A stretch of 64,000 nucleotides of DNA from an uncultured Actinomycetes bacterium (GTDB taxonomy: Bacteria; Actinomycetota; Thermoleophilia; Gaiellales; Gaiellaceae). The position numbers and the translations under genes were made by a program. This document shows positions 28,094 through 38,212 of the stretch, piece by piece. Where the stretch lies: the NCBI GenBank assembly GCA_963816455.1, contig CAWFKM010000021.1:14514-78513 (forward strand), written 5' to 3'. Below the pieces are notes generated by a model, which did no database searches, was not told where the DNA came from, and worked only from the letters and a program-made list of their open reading frames with translations. Position 1 is the first letter of the stretch. Every line of letters begins with the position of its first letter.

Positions 28094-30157
28094 ATGTGGA
28101 TCTGGCTCGCAGGGCTCTACGCCGTCTCGGTCGTCGTCCAGTTGACGCTCGGCCTCCGCGTCGTCTCGCCGTGGATCATGGTCGACGAGCTCGTCTACTC
28201 CGACATGGCGCGGAGCTTCGCCGCGACGGGCCACTTCCTGATCCGCGGCGTGCACGGGAACTACGGCTTCGTCTATCCGCTGCTGCTCTCGCCGGCGTAC
28301 GCGATCTTCGGCTCGATGCACGACGTCTACGAATGGGCGCGCGTGCTGAATGCGCTGCTGATGTCGTCGGCGGTCGTCCCGGCGTATCTCGTCGCACGCC
28401 GCGTCGTCCGCCCGTCCGCTGCGCTCGCCGCCGCTGCGCTCGCCGTCGCGATCCCGTCGCTCGCCTACGTCGGGATGCTGATGACGGAGAACGCGTTCTA
28501 TCCGCTCTTCCTCTGGCTCGCGTTCGCGCTCGTGCTGATGCTCGAGAAGCCGACGCTCGCGCGGCAGCTCGCGGTGCTCGGACTCTGCGTGCTCGCGTTC
28601 GTCACGCGCGCACAGACGGTCGCGCTCGTCGCCGGCGTGCTGACGGCGCCGCTCGTCCTCGCGTGGATCGAACGCGGGCGGCCGCGGAGCCTCAAGGCGT
28701 TCGCGCCGCTCTACGGGATCGTCGTCGGCGGCGCCGCGCTCGTCGCGATCGTCGAGGTCGCGCTCGGCCGCTCGCCGACGCACATCCTCGGCAACTACTC
28801 GAAAGCAACCGGCGGCGGCTATCACTTCTGGACGTCGCTGAAGTGGCTGATCCTCCACCTCGCGGAGCTCGACCTCTATCTCTGGATCGTCCCGTTCGCG
28901 GCGGTGATCGTGCTCGTCGCGAACGCGCGGCATCTCGACCGCCGCCTGCGCGTGTTCGCCGCCGTGACGGTCTCGCTCTCCGCGTGGCTCGTGCTCGAGG
29001 TCGCGGTGTTCGCGTCGCGCTACTCGCTTCGGGTGGAGGAGCGGAATCTTTTCTACGTCGCGCCGCTGTTCCTCGTCGCGCTGCTCGCGTGGATCGAGCG
29101 CGGCCAGCCGCGGCCGCCGCGCGCCGCCGTCGCCGCGGCCGGTGTCGCAGCCGCGCTGCCGGGCGCGCTGCCGTTCGCGCATCTGCTGAACATCACGGCG
29201 GAGTCCGACACGCTGCGGCTTCCAGCCGTGGTGGTACGTCGGCGACGCGTGGGCAAGCATCGCCAGCGTTTCCGTCGTTGTCGTCGCTGTCTCGATCGGG
29301 CTCGGCGCTGCGTTCCTCTGGCTGCCGCGCCGCTGGGCCCCCGTCCTGCCGATCGTCGTCGCGCTCGGCTTCGTCGCGACGTGGATCCCGCTCGAGGCGT
29401 GGAAGCACGGGCCGCCGAGCCTGTCGAAGAGCGCGCTCGCGCAGGGCATCGGCCGCCGCGACAACAGCTGGATCGACGACGCCGTCGGCCGCGACGCGAA
29501 GGTCGCGGTGCTCTGGTCGGGCGGGAACCAGCAGTCGGTCTGGCAGAACGAGTTCTGGAACCGCAGCGTCGCGCGCGTCTACGACCTCGGCACGCCGCTC
29601 CCGGGCGACATGCCGTCGATTCCCGTCTCGGTCGACTCGCGCACCGGCGTTCTCCACGATCGCCACGGCAACCCGATCGCCGAGCGCTACGTCCTCACGA
29701 CGAACTCGGTGCAGCTCGTCGGGACCGCCGTCGCACGCGACCCGGCGAAGCAGCTCGTCCTCTACCGCGTCGCCGGCCCGGCGCGCGCGACGACGCAGGT
29801 CAGCGGCCTCTACCCGGGCGCGTTCCATCCATGGTCAGGCCCGAATCTGACGTGGACGCGCTCGTCGTGTACGGGCGGCAACCTGACCGTCACGGTCGAG
29901 AGCGACGCGCGCCTGTTCAGGAACACGACGCAGACGGTGACCGTGACGGGCACGACGCCGACACGGACGTTGCATGTGCCGTCGACGACGTCCGGTCGCA
30001 CATTCACCTTCCCGCTCACGCCGCAGAACGGCGTCTGCAAGGTCTCGCTCGCGATCTCGCCCGCGCGCCGCCCGTCGACTACCCGAAGCTCCACCTGAAC
30101 GACCCGCGCCTGCTCGGTCTTCACTTCGACACGATCCATTTCTCGCCGACGCGGTGA
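28094..30157 (+). CDS. GT-C-like polytopic membrane glycosyltransferase with a C-terminal extracytoplasmic domain; frame breaks near 29215 and 30068
   Basis: MWIWLAGLYAVSVVVQLTLGLRVVSPWIMVDELVYSDMARSFAATGHFLIRG.. (an acidic DE pair in the first loop, as in GT-C enzymes), through ..SLRVEERNLFYVAPLFLVALLAW (ORF 26984 frame). Then QPWWYVGDAW..NEFWNRSVARVYDLG..TFTFPLTPQNGVCKVSLAISP (ORF 29508 frame). Then VDYPKLHLNDPRLLGLHFDTIHFSPTR to the stop at 30155-30157. Confidence 0.7.
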   Translation: MWIWLAGLYAVSVVVQLTLGLRVVSPWIMVDELVYSDMARSFAATGHFLIRGVHGNYGFVYPLLLSPAYAIFGSMHDVYEWARVLNALLMSSAVVPAYLVARRVVRPSAALAAAALAVAIPSLAYVGMLMTENAFYPLFLWLAFALVLMLEKPTLARQLAVLGLCVLAFVTRAQTVALVAGVLTAPLVLAWIERGRPRSLKAFAPLYGIVVGGAALVAIVEVALGRSPTHILGNYSKATGGGYHFWTSLKWLILHLAELDLYLWIVPFAAVIVLVANARHLDRRLRVFAAVTVSLSAWLVLEVAVFASRYSLRVEERNLFYVAPLFLVALLAWIERGQPRPPRAAVAAAGVAAALPGALPFAHLLNITAESDTLRLPAVVVRRRRVGKHRQRFRRCRRCLDRARRCVPLAAAPLGPRPADRRRARLRRDVDPARGVEARAAEPVEERARAGHRPPRQQLDRRRRRPRREGRGALVGREPAVGLAERVLEPQRRARLRPRHAAPGRHAVDSRLGRLAHRRSPRSPRQPDRRALRPHDELGAARRDRRRTRPGEAARPLPRRRPGARDDAGQRPLPGRVPSMVRPESDVDALVVYGRQPDRHGRERRAPVQEHDADGDRDGHDADTDVACAVDDVRSHIHLPAHAAERRLQGLARDLARAPPVDYPKLHLNDPRLLGLHFDTIHFSPTR

Positions 30158-31235
30158 GGATCGTCGTCGACGTGTCGCCGCTGTCGCACGAGCGCACCGG
30201 CGTCGGGAACTACATCCGCGGTTCGCTGCTCGGGATCGTCGAGGCGTCGGCGGGCGCGGACGAGGTCGTCGCGTTCGCGCCGGCGAGCACGCGCGGCAAG
30301 CGCGAGATCGAGTCGGCACTCGACGGCGTCGGCGTCGAGCGGCGGCTGCGCGGTTCTGCCGGCAGCGCACGCGTTTCGCACGGCGTGGAGCCGCGTCGGG
30401 ACGCCGCCGCTCGAGCGGTTCGCAGGCGCGCTCGACGTCTTCCACTTCAGCGACTGGATGTACCCGCCGCAGCGGGCCGGGATCCGGTCGACGATGATCC
30501 ACGACCTGGTGCCGCTCCACCATCCGGAATGGGTTCACGCGAAGACGCAGCGGATGCACGGCGCGAAGTACCGCCATGCGGCCGAGGCGTGCGACGTCGT
30601 GATCGTCAACTCGCGGTTCACCGGCGACGACGTTGCGGCGACGCTCGGCGTCGACCGCGCGCGGATCCACGTCGCGTATCCCGGCGTCGAGCCGGGCTTC
30701 TCCGCGGACGGCGAGCGGTTCGAGGTCGCCGGCGGCCGCCCGTATGCGCTCGCCGTCGCAACGCTGGAGCCGCGGAAGAACTTCGCTCGTCTCGTCGAGG
30801 CGTACCGGCTGCTCGATCCGGCAGACCTTTCACTCGTCGTCGTCGGCGCGGCCGGCTGGGGCGACCAGCCGGAGCTCGACGCGCCGGGGATCGTGCGGCT
30901 CGGCTACACGCCGACGCGACGAGCTCCCGCGTCTCTACCGCGGCGCGAGCGCGTTCGTCTATCCGTCGCTGTTCGAGGGCTTCGGGATGCCGGTCGCCGA
31001 GGCGATGGCGTGCGCCACGCCGTGCGTCGTCTCGGCGCATCCGTCGCTCGACGAGGCGTGCGGCGATGCTGCCGTGCGCGTCGACCCGGACGACGCCGCG
31101 GCGATCGCGGCGGGGATCGAGCGGGCGCTCACGGAGCACGACGACCTCGCGTCGCGCGGCCTCGCGCACGTGCAGCAGTTCACGTGGCTTGCCAACGGCC
31201 GCGCGCATCTCGCCGCGTGGCGGGCCGCCGCGTGA
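30154..31235 (+). CDS. GT4-family glycosyltransferase; frame breaks near 30350 and 30915
   Basis: The GTG at 30154 overlaps the upstream stop (GTGA). VRIVVDVSPLSHERTGVGNYIRGSLLGIV.. (ORF 29974 frame). AHAFRTAWSRVGTPPLERFAGALDVFHFSDWMYPP..MIHDLVPLHHPEW..ALAVATLEPRKNFARLVEAY (ORF 30458 frame). DELPRLYRGASAFVYPSLFEGFGMPVAEAMACATPCVVS.. (ORF 30633..31235). Confidence 0.8.
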
Positions 31236-32213
31236 ACGTCGCCGTCGACGTGACGGCGCTCGCGCAGACGCGCGCGGGCACCGCGCGCTACCTCCGCGCG
31301 CTGCTGCCGCGGCTCGAGCGCGACGTCTCGCTCCGCCGCGTCAGCGGCTACGCCCGCGGCGCGCCGGGCACGCTCTGGCTCGACCTCGCGTGGTACCCGC
31401 ACGTGCTCTCGCACAAGGCGCGCGGCGCGGACGTGCTCCACTGCCCGACCTATCGCGGGCCGGTGCGCGACGGCGCGACGCCGGTCGTCGTGACGGTGCA
31501 CGACGTCGCGGTGTTCCGTCATCCCGAGGTCTTTCCGCGCTGGACGCGCGAGTACAGCACACGCGTCGTCCCACGGGTGCTTCGCAACGCGCGGCGCATC
31601 GTCGCCGTCTCCGAGTTCACCGCGGGCGAGCTGGAGTCCGTGCTGCGCGTGCCGCGCGAGAAGATCCGCGTCGTTCCGAACGCGGTCGACGCGGTCTTCA
31701 CTCCCGACGGACCGCGTGCGGACGGCGACTACGTCCTCGCGGTCGGCACGCTCGAGCCGCGCAAGAACCTCGCGCGCGTTGTCGAGGCGGCGAAGCGGCT
31801 CGGCGTCGAGCTGCGCGTCGCCGGCGCACGCGGCTGGGGGAACGTCGAGGCGCGCGGTGACGGCGTCACCTGGCTCGGCGAGGTCGGTGACGACGAGCTC
31901 GCGCGGCTCTACCGCGGCGCGCTGTGCGTCGCGTATCCGTCGCTCTACGAGGGCTTCGGAATCCCGATCGCCGAGGCGATGGCCTGCGGCGCGCCTGTCG
32001 TTACGTCCGCCGGCGGCGCGACGGAGGAGGTCGCGGGCGGCGCCGCGGTGCTCGTCGACCCGCTCGACGCCGGCCGCGATCGCCGCGGGAATCGAGGATG
32101 CGATCGCGCGCCGCGACGAGCTTCGCACGCGCGGCATCGAGCGCGCGCGAGCGTTCTCGTGGGACGACGCGGCCCGCGACACGCTCGAGGTCTACCGCGA
32201 GGCGGCGGCGTGA
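31232..32213 (+). CDS. GT4-family glycosyltransferase; one frame break near 32070
   Basis: GTGA overlap at 31232-31235. VNVAVDVTALAQTRAGTARYLRALLPRL..VTVHDVAVFRHPE..VLAVGTLEPRKNLARVVEAA..LYRGALCVAYPSLYEGFGIPIAEAMACGAPVVTSAGGATEEVAGGAAVLVDP (ORF 30458 frame). Then AAIAAGIEDAIARRDELRTRGIERARAFSWDD.. (ORF 31716..32213). Confidence 0.85.
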
Positions 32214-33220
32214 GCGACCCACTCGTCGTCGTCGACGCCGACGTGCTCGGCCGGCAGCGCACCGGCGACGAGACGTACGTCGCGCAGCTGCTCCGCGCGC
32301 TCCCGGCCGCCGCCGGCGGGCTGCGCATCGCGGCGATCACGCGGCGGCCCGACCTCGTTCCCGCGGGCGTCGAGCCGATCGAGCTGCCGGCGCGCTTCCA
32401 GGAATTGCGCATGGCGGTCCGCGTGCCGCTGTTGCTCCGGCGCTTGCGTCCGGCGCTTGCGCACTTCGTCCACTCGCTCCCGCTCGTGCTGTCGTGTCCC
32501 GGCGTGCTCACCGTGCAGGATCTCTCGTTCGAGCGCGACCGCTCGCTGATGGGAGCACGGGAGACGGCGATGTTCCGCATGGTCGTCCCGCGCTCCGTTC
32601 ATCGCGCGCGCGCCGTGATCGCGATCTCGCAGCGTACGAAGGACGATCTGATCGAGCTCTACGACGCCGCGCCGGAGAAGGTCGTCGTGACGCCGCTCGC
32701 ACCGGATCCGGCATTCCATCCGGGCGGGACACGCGGCGGCTACCTGCTCCTCGTCGGCTCGGTCGAGGAACGGAAGAACCCGCTGCTCGCCGCCGATGCC
32801 GCGCAGGCCGCCGGACGGAAGCTCGTCGTCGTCGGCCCCGAGCGCGATGCGACGCTCGCCGCCGAGCTGCGACGCCGCGGCGTCGACGTGCGCGGCTTCG
32901 TGACGCACGACGAGCTGGTCAAGCTTGTCCAGGAGGCCGCGGCGCTGCTCTTCCCGACGAAGTACGAGGGCTTCGGCCTCCCCGTCGCCGAGGCGATGGC
33001 GTGCGGCACGCCGGTCGTCGCGACGCCGGACGCCGCCGTCCGCGAGGTCGGCGGCGAGGCGGTCGCGTACGCGCATCCCGAGGCGTTCGCCGAGACCGTG
33101 GCGTGGGTGCTCGCCGATCCGGAGCCGTGGTCGCGGGCTGCGCTGCTCCGCGCCGAGACCTTCTCGTGGGAGCGCACCGCGGAGGCGACGGTCGCCGTCT
33201 ACAAGGACGTGCTCCGATGA
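32210..33220 (+). CDS. GT4-family glycosyltransferase; intact
   Basis: GTGA overlap at 32210-32213. VSDPLVVVDADVLGRQRTGDETYVAQLLRAL..LTVQDLSFERD..LLLVGSVEERKNPLLAADAA..LLFPTKYEGFGLPVAEAMACGTPVVATPDAAVREVGGEAV. Confidence 0.85.
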   Translation: MSDPLVVVDADVLGRQRTGDETYVAQLLRALPAAAGGLRIAAITRRPDLVPAGVEPIELPARFQELRMAVRVPLLLRRLRPALAHFVHSLPLVLSCPGVLTVQDLSFERDRSLMGARETAMFRMVVPRSVHRARAVIAISQRTKDDLIELYDAAPEKVVVTPLAPDPAFHPGGTRGGYLLLVGSVEERKNPLLAADAAQAAGRKLVVVGPERDATLAAELRRRGVDVRGFVTHDELVKLVQEAAALLFPTKYEGFGLPVAEAMACGTPVVATPDAAVREVGGEAVAYAHPEAFAETVAWVLADPEPWSRAALLRAETFSWERTAEATVAVYKDVLR

Positions 33221-33981
33221 AGGTCTCCGCCGTCGTCATCTCGCACGGCCACGCGGCGGAGCTCGAGCAGTCGCTGCCGCCGCTCGCGCCGCAGGTCGAC
33301 GAGCTGCTCGTGATCGCGAACATCCCCGGCAGCGTCCCCGCCGAGCTGCCGCCGCACACGCGGGTGCTGGAGAACGCGCGGCCGCTTTCCTTCGCCGCAA
33401 ACGCGAACCTCGGCGCGGAACGGACGGAGCACGAGCTGGTGCTGATCGTCAACCCCGACGCGATCGCCGACCCGGACGCCGTCGCGATCCTCCGCACATT
33501 CATGGAGGAGCATCCGCGCTGCGGCGCCGCCGGCCCGCAGATGCTCTACAACGACGGCACCTGGCAGGCGTCGCGCCGCAGCTTCCCGACGATCGGCGGG
33601 ACGATCGTCCGCCGCACGCCGCTGCGCAAGCTCTTCCCGCCGCTCGAGTGGCAGAAGCACCACTACCTGCTCGACGATCGTCCCACGGAGCCGGTAGAGA
33701 CGGACACGATGCTCGGCGCGTTCCTGCTCCTCCGCCGCGCGATGCTCGACGAGATCGGCGGCTGGGATGCGGGCTTCCGGATGTATTGCGAGGACATCGA
33801 CCTCAACTACCGCGCCGCGCAGGCGGGCTGGGAGCGGTGGTACGTCCCGGCGGCGGTCGTGCACCACGAGTACGCCGCCGTGATCGACAAGCGCTTCCTC
33901 ACGCGTCACACGATCTGGCACGCGCGCGCGATGCTCCGCTTCCTGCGCAAGCATCCCGAGCGGCTGCTCGCGCTGCGATGA
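33217..33981 (+). CDS. GT2-family glycosyltransferase (rhamnosyltransferase-like); intact
   Basis: ATGA overlap at 33217-33220 (ORF 31924..33981 frame). MKVSAVVISHGHAAELEQSL..LLVIANIPGS..LSFAANANLG..LIVNPDAIADPDAV..GAFLLLRRAMLDEIGGWDAGFRMYCEDIDLNYR. Confidence 0.8.
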   Translation: MKVSAVVISHGHAAELEQSLPPLAPQVDELLVIANIPGSVPAELPPHTRVLENARPLSFAANANLGAERTEHELVLIVNPDAIADPDAVAILRTFMEEHPRCGAAGPQMLYNDGTWQASRRSFPTIGGTIVRRTPLRKLFPPLEWQKHHYLLDDRPTEPVETDTMLGAFLLLRRAMLDEIGGWDAGFRMYCEDIDLNYRAAQAGWERWYVPAAVVHHEYAAVIDKRFLTRHTIWHARAMLRFLRKHPERLLALR

Positions 33982-34012
33982 CGACGAGCGTGGCGCGTGC
34001 TCCGCGCGCGGT

Positions 34013-36266
34013 TCACCTACATGTGTTGGGCGTCACGTGCTTCGGCGCGTGCCTGAAGAACTGGTAGCTGACCTCCGCCCCGAGGACGCGCACGTCGCCC
34101 GACGTTGGGTCGACCTGCTGCGGTATGAACTTGTTCTGGACGAGCACGGCCGCGCCGAAGCGGTCGGCGGGTGCATGGAGCCAGCAGACTTTCGTCTGCC
34201 CGCTGTCGATCGTGAGCGGGATCGTCAGCTTCGTGCGGCTCAGCGCGGGCTGGCGTGCGATCGGTGATCACGAGCGGCGCCACGAGGATGCTGACCGGGC
34301 TCGGCCCGGTCTTGCCGCCCCAGTCCTTGCGCGAGACGACGACGCGCAGCCAGCCGTTCGCGCCATCGCTGAAGCGGTAGTACGCGCTGTCCGCCGCGCC
34401 GCTCCAGCCGTCCGGATAGATGCCGTTGCAGACGGCGCGTAGCCGGTTCGGATGCGTCAGCTGGATGAGATGCCACACCTTCGTCCCGCCGCCGGCGCGG
34501 TAGAAGTGCCTGCCGCGATACGTGCCGGCGAAGTCGATGCACGGATAGTCCTCGACCGCGAACGCGTACTGGCGCCCGGGGTTCGCGGGATCGGGAGTCC
34601 AGTAGAGCGAGCCGTTCTCGGTGAGGTTCGGCGAGCCGGCCGGTCCGGGGCCGCCGACGGAGCCGTCGAAGCTGCCGACGGTGACGATCGAGCGGTTCCA
34701 GAACTCGAGCATCCACTCGGGGTTCTGATCGGCTTCTCCTTCGCCGAGATAGAGCGTCGGCTGCTGTTTCGTGATGTCGTCGACCCAGGTGAACGGATGG
34801 CGGAGCGTCGCGGCCTGGGTGCGGCTGATCGAGTTGGTGCCCGCGGCAGCGCCGATCTCGCCCGTGAGGTTCCAGCCGACGATTCCGACCGCGAGCACGG
34901 CCGCGATCACGCCGGCGAGCCGTGCCCGTCCGCGCAGCAGCGCCAGCGCGACGATTGCGACGACACCGCCTGCGAGCACGGCGATGCAGCACCCACTGTC
35001 CCGTGTTCGGCGTCCAGTAGAGATAGCGGTTCGCCTGCTGGAGGATCGCCAGCCCGAGCGCGTCCGAGTAGAGCTGGAGGCCCATCTGGTACGGCGTGCC
35101 CACGACGAGATAGAACGCGTACGCCGTCGCCGCCGCGAGCGCGTACCAGTTCACGCGGCGCCGCTCGAGCACGATCGCAGTGCCGATGAGGAGGAGCGGG
35201 GCGACGTAGATGAGGTTGCGCTCCTCGACGCGCGTCGCGAAGTACGTCGGAGGTACGCGGCCTTCATTCCGGTGTATATCCCGACCGCGATCAGGCCGGC
35301 GAGCGTGACGCAGCGGAACATGCGCAGCTCGCGCGTCGTCTCCTCGCCGGGCGCGCGAAAGAGCGACGTCAGCCCGGCGACGAGCGGGATCACGCCGAGC
35401 CCGATCGCAAGCGACCCCGCGGCCCAGTCGCCGAGGACGAGGGCTCGGTGCTTCCAGTACGTCGTCACGCCGTACCACTGCTGCGAGTGGTGCGTCGCGA
35501 TGCCGCTGATGATGAAGACCGCGCCGAAGCCGAGCGCGATCACTCCGAGCCAGTCGCCGTACGACCAGTACGCGCGTCGCGCTCTGGCCCACCCGCTCGA
35601 CCAGACCGCGAAGAAGACGGCGAATGCGAGCGCGATCGGGATCACGACGAGCTCGCCGCGCACCGCGGGCGCGATCACGCTGGCGACGACGGCCCCGGCC
35701 GCCCAGCCCCACGAACGCCGTCCCCGTCGCCAGCAGACGAGCGCCTTCGCGATCAGGAAGAAGCAGAGCGCCGCGTACGGATACGCGAGCGTCTCCTCGA
35801 CGATGTACGACGAGTACGCGAGCGACGGAATCGCGCCCGCGGCCGCCGCCGCGAACAGCGACCAGCCCCGTCCGACGACCATCCGCGCGAGGAAGTACGT
35901 CGGAAACACGACCGCAGCCATTACGAACACGTCGAGGTACTTCACGCCGGAGTACGCCTGCGCGACGTCGTGGATCAGCCAGAGCGGCGCGGTCATCACG
36001 GTGTACAGCGAGTCGAACGAATGCGCCTCGCCGCGCCGGGCCGCGTGTCCGGTGTTCGCGATCGACCGCGACAGCTGCGTCAACTCGAGCTCGTCCGTGA
36101 AGAGCCACGGCGTGACGCGGTTCCACGCCTCGACGAGGAAGACGATGCAGAGCCAGACGTAGACGCTGGCGAGCGGGAGCACCGCGATGACGCGGTCGTT
36201 GAACGTCCGCTCGGGAACGGCGCGGGCCTCGGCCTCGCGCGGGGAAGGAGTTGCCGTCGCGCTCAC
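34013..36266 (-). CDS. GT-C-like polytopic membrane glycosyltransferase, paralogue of 28094..30157; frame breaks near 35260, 34985 and 34255
   Basis: The GTG at 36266 overlaps the upstream stop (GTGA). ..VTPWLFTDELELTQLSRSIANTGHAARRG..AIPSLAYSSYIVEETLAYPYAALCFFL.. (ORF 35151..36266). TYFATRVEERNLIYVAPLLLIGTAIVLE..ANRYLYWTPNTGQWV (ORF 34240..37521 frame). ..HPFTWVDDITKQ..MLEFWNRSIVTVGSFDG..NGIYPDGWSGAADS.. (ORF 34017..34979). LTIPLTIDSGQTKVCWLHAP..DPTSGDVRVLGAEVSYQFF to TGA 34013-34015 (a frame not in the ORF track). Confidence 0.65.
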
Positions 36267-37068
36267 TCGACTGCTGCGCCGAGGACGACACCGGGATCGA
36301 GGTCGATCTCACGGCGGACGAAGCGACAGGGAACGCCTGCGCGCGAGCAGGCTTCGATGATCGCGTCGAGGCGCTCGCGCGGCGCCTCCGGAATCGTGAC
36401 GAGCACCGAGTCCGGCTCGAACCGGCCGAGCACCCAGCCGATCTCCTCGATCGCACCGACCACCTGGACGCCCTGAATGCGGCGGCGGCGCAGCCGCGGA
36501 TCGTCGTCGACGAATCCGATGACGCGCTCGCCCGGCGTCTCGCGAAGCTCGCGCAGAGACTGCGTCCGCTCCGCCCGGCACCGATGATCAGATCGCGTCG
36601 CTGGTCGCCGCGCCCGACGATCGTCGAAAGCGCGTGGGCGATGCCGCGCTCCCAGAAGCGAGCGGCGCCGATCAGCATCGTGCAGAGCAGCATGTCGATG
36701 AAGAAGACGCCGCTCGGGAACCCGTTGAGCGGCATCGCCAGGTAGATGAAGATGAACGCGGCCCCCGTGGCCACCGCGACGGCGGCGAAGATGTTGACGG
36801 CGTCGCGTGCTCCCGCGTACCGCCACACGCTTCGGTAGAGGCCGAAGGCGATGAACGCGATGTAGCGGGCGATGAGCACGACCGGCAGCGCACGGTGAAG
36901 GATCGTGCGATCCCAGACCGTGCCTTCGCCGTGGATGCGAATCGCGTATGCGGCGACGAACGACGCGCAGATCAGTGCGAAGTCGACGAGCACCTCGACG
37001 AGCCGCCGCCGGTGGACGAGCAGCGAGCGCGCGAACGACGGCGCGACGCTCGCGCGTCCGCGTCGCGC
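36263..37068 (-). CDS. Stand-alone CapD/WbaP-type N-terminal module (4 TM helices + Rossmann/CoA_binding_3-like domain) with no catalytic domain; one frame break near 36590; 5' end undefined
   Basis: SLLVHRRRLVEVLVDFALICASFVAAYAIRIHG..ALPVVLIARYIAFIAFGLYRSVWRYAGARDAVNIF..DLIIGAGRSGRSL (ORF 34240..37521 frame). Then LRELRETPGERVIGFVDDDPRLRRRRIQGVQVVGAIEEIGWVLGRFEPDSVLVTIPEAPRERLDAIIEACSRAGVPCRFV to the stop at 36263-36265 (ORF 36263..36826). The first in-frame start (GTG 36993) lies inside the predicted first helix. Confidence 0.55.
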
Positions 37069-38084
37069 GCGTGCCCGCTGTCGGCGAGATAGCTGCCGAA
37101 CTGGAGCAGGAACGCGAACGTGATCAGCACGCCGGCGAGCGTCACGAGCGTGTCGTCGAGCACCTTGTACGCGAGGCTCGTCAGTCCGAGCGCCGCGGAG
37201 ACGACGCAGAGGAGAACGACCGCGCGCTTGTCCGACAGTCCCTGGTAGACGAGCCGGTGCGAGCTGTGGTCCCGCCCGCCCTCGGTCACCGGGCGCCCCT
37301 CGAAGAGCCGGACGACGGTGACGAGCGTCGTGTCGAGGATCGGCACCGCGAGCACGAGGATCGGCAGCAGCAGCGTCGCGACCGTCGAGCCGGCGACCGT
37401 CCAGCTCGCCGCGAGGCCGAGCGACGCGAGCGCGAACCCGAGCACCTGGCTGCCGCTGTCGCCCATGAAGACGGCGGCCGGGCGGTTGAGGCGGAGGTTG
37501 TACGGCAGGAAGCCGAGGCACGCGAAGCAGACGCCGAGCGAGAGCACCGCGATCGTGTCGCTGGGATGGATCGTGAACGCGTCGATCGCGAAGAACGAGC
37601 AGGCGATCGCGGCGAGCGTCGCCGCGAGCCCGTCCATGTTGTCCAGCAGGTTGAACGCGTTCGTCATCCCGACGAGCCAGAGGAACCCGAGCGCGGTGGC
37701 GAGGATGTCGTTGGAGATGATCTCGACGCGGACGCCGGCGGCGAGGACGAGCGCCGCCGCGGCGGCCTGGGCCGCGATCTTCGCGAGCGGCGGGAGCCGG
37801 TAGATGTCGTCGAGCAGGCCGGCGGTGAAGAGGATCGCGCAGCCGCCGACGATCCCGGCGAGCTCCCGGGTCGCGGGGATCAGATGCGCCGCGAGCGCGA
37901 CGCCGACGGCGACGAGCAGCCCCGCCATGATCCCCGGCCCGCCGAGGAGCGGCGTCGACTTCTTGTGCCAGCGGTCGGCGCGGGGAGCGGCGACGACGAT
38001 GTGCGCAGCCGGGGTACGCAGCAGCGCCCAGATCGTCAGCAGGCTTGCGGGGAGCGCGGTGAGTGCAGCAGCGGCGACCGTCAC
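36972..38084 (-). CDS. wecA: WecA/MraY-family polyprenyl-phosphate N-acetylhexosamine-1-phosphate transferase
   Basis: ORF 36972..38513, from the GTG at 38084. VTVAAAALTALPASLLTIWALL..GLLDDIYRLPPLAKIAAQ..LVGMTNAFNLLDNMDGLAATLA..VFMGDSGSQVLGF..LDTTLVTVVRL. The last ~30 codons (Arg/Ser-rich) overlap the next gene and look out of frame, so the true stop is unclear. Confidence 0.75.
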   Translation of the reverse strand: MTVAAAALTALPASLLTIWALLRTPAAHIVVAAPRADRWHKKSTPLLGGPGIMAGLLVAVGVALAAHLIPATRELAGIVGGCAILFTAGLLDDIYRLPPLAKIAAQAAAAALVLAAGVRVEIISNDILATALGFLWLVGMTNAFNLLDNMDGLAATLAAIACSFFAIDAFTIHPSDTIAVLSLGVCFACLGFLPYNLRLNRPAAVFMGDSGSQVLGFALASLGLAASWTVAGSTVATLLLPILVLAVPILDTTLVTVVRLFEGRPVTEGGRDHSSHRLVYQGLSDKRAVVLLCVVSAALGLTSLAYKVLDDTLVTLAGVLITFAFLLQFGSYLADSGHARDADARASRRRSRARCSSTGGGSSRCSSTSH

Positions 38085-38212
38085 GGGGCAGCGCGCCTCA
38101 GCCGCGCGGTCTCTGCGGCTCGTACCACGTGCGCCAGCGTAACGAAGTGCTGTTAAGCGGGTGTATGGGCAGCGGCGGCATTCGGCTTCTCTGCGGTAGT
38201 TTGGCCGCCCAG

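Noticed and set aside
26984-30157. 1057-aa plus-strand ORF; likewise 34240..37521 (-), 1093 aa
   Set aside because: Only parts are real coding sequence of the GT-C genes. The rest is Arg-rich out-of-frame read-through of neighbouring genes.
30458-33220. 920-aa plus-strand ORF
   Set aside because: It is three consecutive GT4 genes in the same frame. Each real stop sits in a GTGA overlap or after a frame break, so this frame never sees a stop.
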